Assembly: GCA_049602735.1 (NCBI GenBank)
Contig: JBMYRW010000005.1
Location: 20,604-84,603 of the forward strand
Length of the DNA: 64,000 bases
Direction: 5' to 3'
DNA from: Thermoplasmatota archaeon
GTDB taxonomy: Archaea > Thermoplasmatota > E2 > JACPAO01 > JAHFTW01
In this document: one piece after another, positions 25,644-34,272 of the stretch
Numbering within the stretch: the first letter of the stretch is position 1
How the letters are laid out: each line of letters opens with the position of its first letter
Position numbers and translations under genes: made by a program
Notes under the pieces: generated by a model
Databases searched by the model: none
Seen by the model: the letters and a program-made list of their open reading frames with translations, nothing else
Told to the model about the DNA's origin: nothing

Positions 25644-28405
25644 GCCGACGGGACCAACAGGCCGCCGCACGCCGCATGGCGACCGCCGCGACCCTCTCCG
25701 CCCAGTCCGGCGCAGCCGGTGATGAGGAGGACGCCGGGCGCGGGGACCTCATCGAACGCGTGGGCGAGTTCGTCAGCCGCAACCCCCGCAAGATCGTCGC
25801 CGTGTTCCTGGTGCTGTTCCTGGCGAGCCTGCCGGCCCTGTACAGCCTCACCTCCTTCCTGAGCTTCTACCAGCTCCTGCCGGAAGGCGACTACTACGAT
25901 GCCAACTTCATCCTCAACCAGGAGCTGGGCGCGGACAACGTCATGTTCGTGCTCACCACGGCCGGCGAGAGTGACAACGTCACAGCGCCAGCTGCCCTGC
26001 GCGAACAGGACCACATCCTGCAACGGTTCGAGGACGTGGAATACGTCACATCGACGGTCTCCTTACCAGGGCTGGTCAAGACACTCAATCTCCTGGTGAC
26101 AGGGCGGTATGAGCTGCCCCCTGATACGCCGCAGGGCAACGCCCAGTTGGAGCAGTTGTTCCAGCAGGCGCTCAACCTGTACGGCGAGCAACTGATCTTC
26201 GACAACGTGCTCTCCCGCGACTTCAGCAGCGGCATCCAGCTCGTCATCATGGAGAAGGGGCACGACCTGCAGACCTATCGTGACTGGCAGTCGGAGTTGT
26301 TGCAGCTGGGCTTCGAGCTCGACGGCAACAACCCGTACCACGAGCAGACGGTCAACGAGCCGATCAGTCTCGATCTAATCTACGGCACCCTGGACGGTGT
26401 CACCATCGAGGAGGGTCCGTTCTGGATCCTGGCGGCCGTGGTCGTCGCGGTCATCAGCGCCTATTCGGTGCTGGGCCGCCGCGTCTACGAGACCTTCCTG
26501 GCGCTCTTCGTCCTGTCCGTCGCCATCGCGGTGACGATCACGGTCGGCTTCCTGGTGGGCGTCCATTTCACCATGCTGACGATGCTGCTCATCGCCCTGC
26601 TGCTGGGTGTCGGCATCGACTACGCCATGCACGTCATCGCGCGGTACCTGGAGGAACGGGACCTTGGCTACGGCGTCAAGGAGTCCATCATCCAATCCGC
26701 GCGGCACGTGGGCAGCGCCCTCTTCATCACGATGGTGACCACCGTGGTGGGCTTCGTGAGCCTCTACTTCAGCCGCATCCAGGCGATCGGGCAGTTCGGT
26801 GTCATGGTGGGCGCGGGCATGCTCACGGCGTACCTGGCCTGCATCCTGCTCCTGCCTGCTATGCTGATGCTGCGCGACCAGCGCCTCGTCAAGAAGGGTA
26901 AGGGCGTCGAAGCGGACCCGGACGAGACGCCGGAGCAACGGGAGAGCCGCCGTGCCCGGCTGGAGGAGGAGCTGCGCGAGAAGCAGCAGGCGAGCGCCAT
27001 GGGGCGTCTCTCCGAGTTCAACCAACGCAAGCCGTGGCTCATCATCGGCATCTTCGCCATCCTGATCGGTGGCATGGTGGGAACCGTCGCCATGAACGGC
27101 GTCAAGATCTGGGGCGGCTCCTTCATCGACCCGCCCATCATGGCCAAGGACGCCTACGCCATGCGGACGCTGACCACGATCGACGACACGATCGGCATCC
27201 CGGTCGAGGTGGCGGTGGTCGTCCATGGGGACATGACGCGGCCGGCGTCACTGGACTACCTCCAGGCGATCGAGGACGAGATGCTAGGGCGTTATCCCTG
27301 CCCGGATGGGGACGGCGACGGTCAACCGGCCGAGCTGGACCAGGACGACAACGGCATCTGCATCGACCCTGAACGACGCGACCACGGCATTCTGAACGGC
27401 ATGAGCACGCCGGGCATCATCCAGTTGCTCTACCCGAGCCTTGGTATCCCGTCGAGTCTCCAGGACGACCAATGGGACATCGACTCCAACGGTGACGGCG
27501 ACCAGGACGCGTGCCGCCCAGGCGCCCAGCAGCCCTGCCCGGACGGCATCCCGGACACCAGCGCAGCGCTCAAGCAGCTCTACGACCGTCTGTACAGCAT
27601 CCCGACGGTGCTGGGCGTCATGAACCGCGTCGTCTCGGCCGACTACGACTACGGTGTCGTGCGGTACAACTTCGCGCCGGCGCCCCGGGACAATGACCTG
27701 GGCACGGATGTGGACAACTACAAGCAGGAATACGCGGACGTCCTGGAGGATGTGGCGATCGTCCAGGCCGATTACGAGGCCCGCGGGCAGGACTACCCTG
27801 AGACGCTGACGCCGACCGGGCTGCTCGCCTCCGCTATCGAGGTCAACAAGGCGATCATCCGGGGCAACAGCCTCTCCACGTACCTGATGCTGGTGACGAC
27901 GTTCCTGATGATCTTCATGTTCTGGCGGCGGTTCGTGCCGACGGTCATGACGATGATCCCCGTGGTGCTCTCGATCGGCGTCCAGTACTTCATCGTCAGC
28001 GCCTTCGACTACGAGATCACCTACGTGTCCCTGATCCTCACGGGCATGGCGCTGGGCATCGGCATCGACGACGCGGTCCACCTGGTCTCACGGTTCAAGG
28101 AGGAGATGACACACGGGCGGCCGGCCCGGGAGGCGGCGGTGCTGGCCAACTCGGAGATCGGCCGTGTGCTGGTGGCCACCACGGTCACGACGCTGGCGCC
28201 GTTCACCGTGATCATCGGGAGCCTCATCATCTGGGCCAAGAACACGGCCTGGATGACCATCCCGACGCTGAGTGCGGCCCTGTTCGCCACGATCTTCCTG
28301 CTGCCGGTGCTCTTGCGCTGGCACGGCGAACGCTGGCCGGGTGCATGGGTGACCAAGGCGGACCTGAAGCGCGCGGGCCTCGATGCCGTCCCGGAACGCC
28401 ACTGA
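25640..28405 (+). CDS. RND-superfamily/MMPL-type exporter (COG1033-like, 12 TM in two 6-TM bundles)
   Basis: Two repeats of the MMPL core: LLLGVGIDYAMHVIARY and LTGMALGIGIDDAVHLVSRFKEE. Large extracytoplasmic loops. Confidence 0.85.
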   Translation: MSRRDQQAAARRMATAATLSAQSGAAGDEEDAGRGDLIERVGEFVSRNPRKIVAVFLVLFLASLPALYSLTSFLSFYQLLPEGDYYDANFILNQELGADNVMFVLTTAGESDNVTAPAALREQDHILQRFEDVEYVTSTVSLPGLVKTLNLLVTGRYELPPDTPQGNAQLEQLFQQALNLYGEQLIFDNVLSRDFSSGIQLVIMEKGHDLQTYRDWQSELLQLGFELDGNNPYHEQTVNEPISLDLIYGTLDGVTIEEGPFWILAAVVVAVISAYSVLGRRVYETFLALFVLSVAIAVTITVGFLVGVHFTMLTMLLIALLLGVGIDYAMHVIARYLEERDLGYGVKESIIQSARHVGSALFITMVTTVVGFVSLYFSRIQAIGQFGVMVGAGMLTAYLACILLLPAMLMLRDQRLVKKGKGVEADPDETPEQRESRRARLEEELREKQQASAMGRLSEFNQRKPWLIIGIFAILIGGMVGTVAMNGVKIWGGSFIDPPIMAKDAYAMRTLTTIDDTIGIPVEVAVVVHGDMTRPASLDYLQAIEDEMLGRYPCPDGDGDGQPAELDQDDNGICIDPERRDHGILNGMSTPGIIQLLYPSLGIPSSLQDDQWDIDSNGDGDQDACRPGAQQPCPDGIPDTSAALKQLYDRLYSIPTVLGVMNRVVSADYDYGVVRYNFAPAPRDNDLGTDVDNYKQEYADVLEDVAIVQADYEARGQDYPETLTPTGLLASAIEVNKAIIRGNSLSTYLMLVTTFLMIFMFWRRFVPTVMTMIPVVLSIGVQYFIVSAFDYEITYVSLILTGMALGIGIDDAVHLVSRFKEEMTHGRPAREAAVLANSEIGRVLVATTVTTLAPFTVIIGSLIIWAKNTAWMTIPTLSAALFATIFLLPVLLRWHGERWPGAWVTKADLKRAGLDAVPERH

Positions 28406-28468
28406 ACGCCGCGGAACACCACGGAACGGGACCGAAACCGGGTAAAACCGCACCTGCGTGGCAACCAC

Positions 28469-28804
28469 GTGGCCGAGTCCGAGGACCCCGTGACACTCCA
28501 GCGCCCCAAGGAGAGCGTGCGCGTCTACCACAGCAACCACGACCTGCGGGAGACGTACAGCCGCGAGAACACGGAGCGTCGCCGCCAGACCAGCCACACC
28601 CTGCGCCGGTTCCTGACCGCGAAGCAGGACAAGATGTGCATGAACAAGATGACCAAGTTCCGGGACAGCCACGAAGTGGCCAACTGCGACGACGTGGTGA
28701 TCCTGTACGCTCAGATGCTCATCGCGGACGGTAAGGACGCTGATCTGGACCCGGAACTGGTGGCCATCGCCAAGCAGGCGACCATCGCCGAGCGCGCGGC
28801 TTAG
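28469..28804 (+). CDS. Hypothetical protein (111 aa)
   Basis: GTG start about 25 nt after gtaaaac. Mixed-charge sequence with no recognised family. Confidence 0.4.
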   Translation: MAESEDPVTLQRPKESVRVYHSNHDLRETYSRENTERRRQTSHTLRRFLTAKQDKMCMNKMTKFRDSHEVANCDDVVILYAQMLIADGKDADLDPELVAIAKQATIAERAA

Positions 28805-29076
28805 GACGCTCCGTCGCCGTTGCCGTGATCGGCGTCGCTCCGGCTCGCCACCGCCCGCTGCTTGAGGTAGAACGCCAGCGCCACGGCACCAAAGACCACC
28901 AGCGGCAGCAGGAGCAGACCGAGGCCGATCCAGCGGCGGCCCGCATCGGGGCTCAGAAGCAGGCCTGCTCCGGTGAACAGGCTGCCCAACAGGAGAAGCC
29001 ACCAGAACCAGTAGGACACGCGGCGGTCGGCCACGGCGCCGCCACACGCGTCGGGGCTATAGCCCCGGCGGACCAT
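28801..29076 (-). CDS. Small membrane protein (2 TM)
   Basis: From the internal ATG at 29076: MVRRGYSPDA..VSYWFWWLLLLGSLFTGAGLLL..WIGLGLLLLPLVVFGAVALAFYL. Confidence 0.45.
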   Translation of the reverse strand: MVRRGYSPDACGGAVADRRVSYWFWWLLLLGSLFTGAGLLLSPDAGRRWIGLGLLLLPLVVFGAVALAFYLKQRAVASRSDADHGNGDGAS

Positions 29077-29084
29077 GACGGGCC

Positions 29085-29330
29085 ATGGCGGACGCCCCGG
29101 ACCTTGAGGCGGCACCGGAGGCGACGCCGGAGGATCTGCTGTGGGTGGAGCAGGCGATGGCCGCCATGGAAGGCATCCGGGACACATGCATCGAGATGGC
29201 AGTCCAGGGCTGGGCGATCGCCCGCGACGTGGCCGGCGACCTGCAGGAGCGGTTCCCTGAGGTCGTGCGCGAAGCGCGGAAACAATGGGACGACCTGCGG
29301 GGCCTCTGGGACGACTTCGTCAAGCGCTGA
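29085..29330 (+). CDS. Small acidic hypothetical protein (81 aa)
   Basis: ATG ORF divergent from 28801..29076. Helical-looking sequence with no family recognised. Confidence 0.4.
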   Translation: MADAPDLEAAPEATPEDLLWVEQAMAAMEGIRDTCIEMAVQGWAIARDVAGDLQERFPEVVREARKQWDDLRGLWDDFVKR

Positions 29331-29685
29331 AGCGGGCGTGGCGCGCCTCGAACGCCCCTTCGCAGGTGGGGCAACAGAACGGATGCTCCCGGTCGCCGAT
29401 GCGTTTCCATCGCGGCGCCGCGGTCCGCTCACCGCAGGTGTGGCACGGGACGGTGGCCCCGCTGGCCGCGTCCAGGTCCACGTCCTCGAAGGCGTCCGTG
29501 GCGAGGCGCACCGTGTAGCCCACGATGATGCCGGCCTCCTCCAGACGCCGCAGCCGAGCGGCCACGGTCGGCCCCGTGCTGTCGGCCAGGCGGGCCAATT
29601 CCCTGTGGCTGCGCCGGGCGTCCTCCTGGAGCAGCCGCAGTAGCGTGCGGTCTAGGTCGTCCAGTGCGTCTCCGCCCTCGGCCAC
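29320..29685 (-). CDS. Lrp/AsnC-type HTH regulator fused to a TRASH metal-binding domain (CopR/CopT-like)
   Basis: LDRTLLRLLQEDARRSHRELARLADSTGPTVAARLRRLEEAGII is the HTH. VPCHTCGE...HPFCCPTCEGAF is the TRASH Cys pattern. Divergent from a CopZ gene. Confidence 0.8.
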   Translation of the reverse strand: MAEGGDALDDLDRTLLRLLQEDARRSHRELARLADSTGPTVAARLRRLEEAGIIVGYTVRLATDAFEDVDLDAASGATVPCHTCGERTAAPRWKRIGDREHPFCCPTCEGAFEARHARFSA

Positions 29686-29735
29686 GGCGGGGCACGTTGC
29701 GGCGGTTGCAAAAAGGGTGACGCGCTGGGCAGGCC

Positions 29736-29966
29736 ATGGCCCTGTTCGGCAAGAAAGAGACCCACGAGCTGACCGTCGGGGGCATGACGTGCCAGAACTG
29801 CGTCGCCCATGTCACCAAGGCGCTGGCGGGGGTCCCGGGCGTCAAGGACGTGGCCGTGGACCTGGAGAAAGGGGCTGCGACGGTGACAGCCAAGGCCGGT
29901 ATGGATGCTGCCGGGCTCGCGGCGGCGGTGCAGGCGGCCGGCTACGACGCTGCGCCTGCTGCGTAG
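29736..29966 (+). CDS. copZ: Heavy-metal-associated (HMA) copper chaperone
   Basis: LTVGGMTCQNCVAHVTKAL carries the GMTCxxC motif. 76 aa. Confidence 0.85.
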   Translation: MALFGKKETHELTVGGMTCQNCVAHVTKALAGVPGVKDVAVDLEKGAATVTAKAGMDAAGLAAAVQAAGYDAAPAA

Positions 29967-29975
29967 GCGGCGCCG

Positions 29976-30482
29976 TCAGAAGACGGCGGCCGTGCCGTAC
30001 ACGATCAGCACCAGGATGAAGCACGCCAGCACCACGCCGGTGTAGAGGTACGGCCAGCTGTTCTTCCACGAGAGGCCGAACAGGTAGGCGACCAACACGG
30101 CCGTCCAGGCTCCGGTGCCAGGGACGGGCACCGCCACGAACGCCACGAGCGCCAGCTCCTCGTACTTCTCCACGCGGGCGTTCGCCTTGTGGCGGGTGCG
30201 CTCGAAGACCCGATCCAGCACCCGGTCGAAGGCCGGCGCGCGGCGCAGGAGCCGCTCCGTCGGGGGCAGCAGCCACCAGATGAACGGGATGATGCCCAGG
30301 TTGCCGATGAGGCTCCAGGTGAACGCCTCCGCCCAGGGCATCTCGAAGAGGAAATGGGCGAGGGGGATCGAGCCCCGGAGCTCCATGATGGGCAGCGCGG
30401 CGGCGATGACGACGACCAGGCCGTCGGGTAGGAAGGCCAGGGCGTCCGCGAGCCGCTCGCCGAGTCGCTCAACGAAGCTCAT
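29976..30482 (-). CDS. Small multidrug-export-like membrane protein (COG2426 / PF06695-like)
   Basis: Layout LPIMELRGSIPLA ... VPVPGTGAWTAVLVAYLFG is typical of this family. 4-5 TM. Confidence 0.65.
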   Translation of the reverse strand: MSFVERLGERLADALAFLPDGLVVVIAAALPIMELRGSIPLAHFLFEMPWAEAFTWSLIGNLGIIPFIWWLLPPTERLLRRAPAFDRVLDRVFERTRHKANARVEKYEELALVAFVAVPVPGTGAWTAVLVAYLFGLSWKNSWPYLYTGVVLACFILVLIVYGTAAVF

Positions 30483-30503
30483 GGGGGCCTCGCGCGGGCG
30501 TGG

Positions 30504-31820
30504 TCACGGCTCTTCTGGCAGCGCGATGAGGCTGCGGCCGCTGCCGGGCTTGCCCACCAGCTTGCCCTCCGAGACCACGGGGGCGCCGGCCAGGTAGGTG
30601 TCGGTGGGGAAGATGGCGTCCAGGCCTTCGTAGGGGCTCCAGCCGCACTTGCTGTGCAGCTTGGCGCCTTCCACCGACTGCACGTCGTCCAGGTCGTACA
30701 CGGCGAAGTCGGCGCGCAGCCCCGCCGCGAGGCGGCCACGGTCGTCCAGGCCGAGGAGCTTGGCGACGTTGCAGGTGACCGATTCCACGACGAGGCGGAA
30801 GTCCACGTCGCCGGCCATGGCGCGGGCCAACAGGAGGGGGACCATGGTCTCGACGCCGGGAAGGCCGGCGGGCGCCTCGTTGAAGTCGCCCTGCTTCTCC
30901 AGCTTGGTGTGGGGCGCGTGGTCCGACTCCACAATCGGGATGCGGCCGTCCACGTAGGCCTTCCACAGCGCCTCGCTCGCTTCGGGGCCCCGCACAGGGG
31001 GGTTGACCTTGCCGTAGGCGTGGGGGATCGGCATGTCGTGGTGCAGCAGCATGTGCTGGGGGCAGACCCCGCGGCTGAAGCCGGCCATCTCGGCCGCTTT
31101 GACCGCATCGGCGCTGCTGATGTGGGCGATGTGGACGGTGCCCTGTTTCTTGGCCGCCCGGACCTTCATCACGTCGTAGATGGACTCCACTTCGGCGATG
31201 GGCGGACGGGCTGCGGCGTGGTCGGCGAGGCGGTCCTCTTGGCGGCGCAGGCGTTCGAGGACGCGGTTCGCCTCGGCGTGGATCGTCACGGGGCGCCCGG
31301 CCGCTTCGGCGGCTCCAAGCACCCCTTCGATGTTCTCCCGTTCCAGGAGCAGGTCGCCGGTGGTGGCGCCCAGGTAGATCTTGATGCCGCACGCCCAACG
31401 CAGCATCTCCGGCAGTTCGCCGAGGTACCACGTGGCGCCGGCCCAGAAGCCGTAGTCCACCACGCACTTGCCGGACGCCGTGCGCAGCTTCTCCCGCAGC
31501 GCCTTCGTGTTGGTCGTGGACGGCACCGTGTTGGGCATGTCCACGAAGCCGGTGACACCTCCGAAGGCGGCCGAGATGCTGCCGCTCTGAAGGTCCTCCT
31601 TGTGCGTCAGACCGGGGTCGCGGAAGTGGACGTGGCAGTCGATGGCGCCAGGCAGGACGGCGCGGTCGCCGAAGTCGAGATGGCGCTCCGCAGGCGCCTC
31701 GTCGGGGCCGCCGATGCGCTCGATGAGCCCAGTGGAGGTGTCGATGTACAGGATGCCAGGGGCCAGCTCACCGTCTTGGTAGAGCCGCCCGGCGACGGAC
31801 AGGTCGGCCATGGAGGTCAC
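30504..31820 (-). CDS. pyrC: Dihydroorotase (amidohydrolase superfamily); alternative start ATG 31811
   Basis: AIDCHVHFRDPGLTHKEDLQSGSISAAFGGVTGFVDMPNT, plus HAEA and HIAHISS. Confidence 0.85.
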   Translation of the reverse strand: MTSMADLSVAGRLYQDGELAPGILYIDTSTGLIERIGGPDEAPAERHLDFGDRAVLPGAIDCHVHFRDPGLTHKEDLQSGSISAAFGGVTGFVDMPNTVPSTTNTKALREKLRTASGKCVVDYGFWAGATWYLGELPEMLRWACGIKIYLGATTGDLLLERENIEGVLGAAEAAGRPVTIHAEANRVLERLRRQEDRLADHAAARPPIAEVESIYDVMKVRAAKKQGTVHIAHISSADAVKAAEMAGFSRGVCPQHMLLHHDMPIPHAYGKVNPPVRGPEASEALWKAYVDGRIPIVESDHAPHTKLEKQGDFNEAPAGLPGVETMVPLLLARAMAGDVDFRLVVESVTCNVAKLLGLDDRGRLAAGLRADFAVYDLDDVQSVEGAKLHSKCGWSPYEGLDAIFPTDTYLAGAPVVSEGKLVGKPGSGRSLIALPEEP

Positions 31821-32393
31821 TCAGATCACGCCCCAGACGCCCAGCTCACCATCATCCATCATCTCCTTGACCGAGGCCACGAACGTGCGGCACCAGTTGC
31901 GGGCCTTCACCTGGTACCCCAGCAGGCCTCCGGCGACCGCGGCGTTGGCGATGACCACCGGAAGGGCGGCCAGATCGAGCCCCGCTCCGGAGCCGGCGAG
32001 CGCCACGACGAGCAGGACGATCTCCGCCGCCCAGAGGAGCGTGAGCAACGCGGCATACAGGTACGGTAGGTTGCGGCCGCTGCGGCCGGTCACTTTGCGG
32101 TACACTTCGGGCACGGTCTCGCAGCTGACGGCGAACCGCATCCAGCGGTTCCACGTCTGCTTCAGGCTCGCCTCGAACGTGCCGACGTAGCGGCTACGCC
32201 CCGCCAGGTATCCGACAGGCAACGCCAGGAGGCCGACGACCGCGTGCGCGCCGAGGGCGACCAGGTCGCCCAACAGGTACGCGGGGGCCGCCAGCACCGG
32301 GAGGAGGACGGCCAGGATGATGATGCGGCGGTGGGCCGCGCGGGCATCCCCGTCCAGGATCTGGAGGAAGTTGCTCGCGACGCCTCGGGCCAC
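31821..32393 (-). CDS. Membrane protein, unknown function (abuts pyrC)
   Basis: Four hydrophobic helices. The stop at 31821 is directly adjacent to the pyrC start. Confidence 0.55.
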   Translation of the reverse strand: MARGVASNFLQILDGDARAAHRRIIILAVLLPVLAAPAYLLGDLVALGAHAVVGLLALPVGYLAGRSRYVGTFEASLKQTWNRWMRFAVSCETVPEVYRKVTGRSGRNLPYLYAALLTLLWAAEIVLLVVALAGSGAGLDLAALPVVIANAAVAGGLLGYQVKARNWCRTFVASVKEMMDDGELGVWGVI

Positions 32394-32401
32394 GTGGGCT
32401 T

Positions 32402-33247
32402 TCAGGAGGCCGCTTCACTTGAAGGACCCGGTTCGGACTCCGTGGCGGGGGCGCCGCCTGGCCACCGGGCGAACGTCAAGAACGCGGTGAACCCAAGGGC
32501 GTCGAAGTCGGGGCGGCTGCCCCGTTCGCCGACCTTCCAGGAGCGCTCCATCACTTCGATGCAACGCACGTCGATGAAGCCGGCCTCCGTCAGCGCGGCG
32601 ACGGTCTGTTCCATCTGGCTGACGTTGGGGGTGTAGCAGACGATGCGGGCCCCCACGGCCAGGGTGGGGGCGACATGGGGGATGGCGAGCCAGGGCTCCG
32701 GCTGATCGAGGAGGCAGGCATCGAAGGGCCGATCGGCTGCGGCGGCCGTGACAGCTTCCGCGGCTCCCTGGGTGAGGTCGCCAAGGGCCACGGTGAGGGC
32801 GTCCTCCATGCCGGCGCGGGCGACGTTCTTGGCGGCCCAGGTGGCGAAGTCCTCGCGGAGCTCCTGGGCGACGACGTGGCCGCCAGGGGCGACCGCGTGC
32901 AGGAGCGCCAAGGTGGCTGCGCCGCTGCCGATGCCGGATTCCAGGACGTGGTGGCCGGGGGCCAGGCCGAGTTCGTAGACGATGCGGCTGGCGTCCTTGG
33001 GCGTGATGATCTGCGCCTTGCGGCGAAGCGTGCGTCCCAGGTCGGGGAGCGTCGGGGGCAGCAGCAGGACGTGCTTGGCGCCCACCTGGAGCGCCGCGCC
33101 CCAGGGTTCGCCCACCAGGCGGTCCGGGTCGACGATGCCGAGCCCCTTCTCCTTACGGGCGCCGCCGCCGTCGGCGATGAGCAGCCAACGGTGGCCGTTG
33201 GCGGGGTCGAAGGCGAGGATGCGGTCGCCGGCCGCGATGACGTCCAT
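32402..33247 (-). CDS. trmI: tRNA (adenine-N1)-methyltransferase TrmI/Gcd14 family
   Basis: RKAQIITPKDASRIVYELGLAPGHHVLESGIGSGAATLALLHAV (SAM motif I) plus ACLLDQPEPW. Confidence 0.8.
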   Translation of the reverse strand: MDVIAAGDRILAFDPANGHRWLLIADGGGARKEKGLGIVDPDRLVGEPWGAALQVGAKHVLLLPPTLPDLGRTLRRKAQIITPKDASRIVYELGLAPGHHVLESGIGSGAATLALLHAVAPGGHVVAQELREDFATWAAKNVARAGMEDALTVALGDLTQGAAEAVTAAAADRPFDACLLDQPEPWLAIPHVAPTLAVGARIVCYTPNVSQMEQTVAALTEAGFIDVRCIEVMERSWKVGERGSRPDFDALGFTAFLTFARWPGGAPATESEPGPSSEAAS

Positions 33248-33252
33248 CGGGC

Positions 33253-33630
33253 TCAGGCGCCAGCAGGAGCGGAGCCGGCCCCTTCACGCTGCATGAGGGC
33301 GGCCTCGAGCTTGGCCTGCAGCCCGGAGGCGGAGGCGCGTAGCTGTTCTTCCTGCCCGGCGAGCCGCTTGATGCGGATCTCCAGGGTCTCCAGGTCGTCC
33401 TTGATGCGACTCTCCACGGCCGCCTTGCCGGCCTCTTGGACCAGCAGGCTGCCGACGTTGCGGTACACCGGGGCGTCGTCGGCCACGTCGCCAAGGGCGT
33501 CCAGGGCGCGCTCGTTCTCGGCCTTCAGGGCCTCGAACTGTTGGCGCTGCTGCGCCGCCGCCTGCAACTGCCCCTGCATGCTCTGCAGTTGACGGATCTG
33601 CTCTTGGAGTTCCTGGTCGCTCATGGCCAT
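33253..33630 (-). CDS. pfdB: Prefoldin beta subunit
   Basis: MAMSDQELQEQIRQLQSMQGQLQ...PVYRNVGSLLV...LETLEIRIKRL. 125 aa, coiled coil-hairpin-coiled coil. ATG at 33630. Confidence 0.8.
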   Translation of the reverse strand: MAMSDQELQEQIRQLQSMQGQLQAAAQQRQQFEALKAENERALDALGDVADDAPVYRNVGSLLVQEAGKAAVESRIKDDLETLEIRIKRLAGQEEQLRASASGLQAKLEAALMQREGAGSAPAGA

Positions 33631-33655
33631 GGCTGGGCCGACTCGAGGTCCGTTC

Positions 33656-33714
33656 AAAAGGGGATGGGGAGAGGGGTCAGGAGAGGGGGAGGGTGGGAAG
33701 GAGAGGAGGGGGAG
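33656..33714 (-). terminator. Long polypyrimidine (C/T-rich on the coding strand) tract just downstream of the stop of gene 33729..34130
   Basis: The plus strand reads aaaaggggatggggagaggggtcaggagagggggagggtgggaaggagaggaggggga. Similar tracts follow other minus-strand stops (1242..1308, 3241..3273, 55187..55214). Assigning a terminator role is inference. Confidence 0.3.
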
Positions 33715-33728
33715 GTCGCCGGAGCGGC

Positions 33729-34130
33729 TTAGTGGTGCTCGTGGCGGGGGTCGCGGCAGCCGGCGTTGCCGCTGGCCTCGTCGTAGTGGACGCCGTCCTT
33801 GTCGTAGCAGACCAGGACCTTGTTGCCCGCGATGTTGCCCTCGACGCCGATGCCGTCGTAGTCGGGGTGGTGTTCGTCGTGGGGCTCGCCGGCGCAGAGG
33901 TCGGCGCTGCTGCCATCGACGTAGGCGGGGGCGCCGGTGGCGGCGGCCAGCACGGCGGCGGCGGCCTCTTCGGCGTTGAACGTGGTCGGGTCGTCGGTGG
34001 TCAGGGCGGTGCTGCCGCCGCTGCCATCGGCCTGGTAGCACTGGCCGTGCACGGCCACACCATCGTGGGCCATGGCGGTGCCGGCAAGGGTCAGCAGCAG
34101 GGTCGTCGCGAGTGTCAGGAGGGTTTTCAT
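33729..34130 (-). CDS. Secreted His-rich protein; predicted mature N-terminus begins with His
   Basis: MKTLLTLATTLLLTLAGTAMA|HDGVAVHG..., EPHDEHHPDYDG and C-terminal RDPRHEHH. ATG at 34130. Confidence 0.55.
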   Translation of the reverse strand: MKTLLTLATTLLLTLAGTAMAHDGVAVHGQCYQADGSGGSTALTTDDPTTFNAEEAAAAVLAAATGAPAYVDGSSADLCAGEPHDEHHPDYDGIGVEGNIAGNKVLVCYDKDGVHYDEASGNAGCRDPRHEHH

Positions 34131-34272
34131 GATTCCAGCCTCAGGCGAAGAAGTTCCACGATCGTTCAAGTAGTTTTTCGACGAATGAACAAGATGTCGC
34201 GTGTGGTCGAAGCCGACTCGAACGGGATTACAAGGCTTAAGAGACCGAACATGTTCGAATCGAACGTTAATC

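Noticed and set aside
28385-28435. Short repeated cggaac(g/a)ccac motif spanning the exporter stop
   Set aside because: Only about 11 nt with a mismatch and a 16-nt offset, which is too short to separate from chance or to class with the gdhA, fdxA and aspS duplications.
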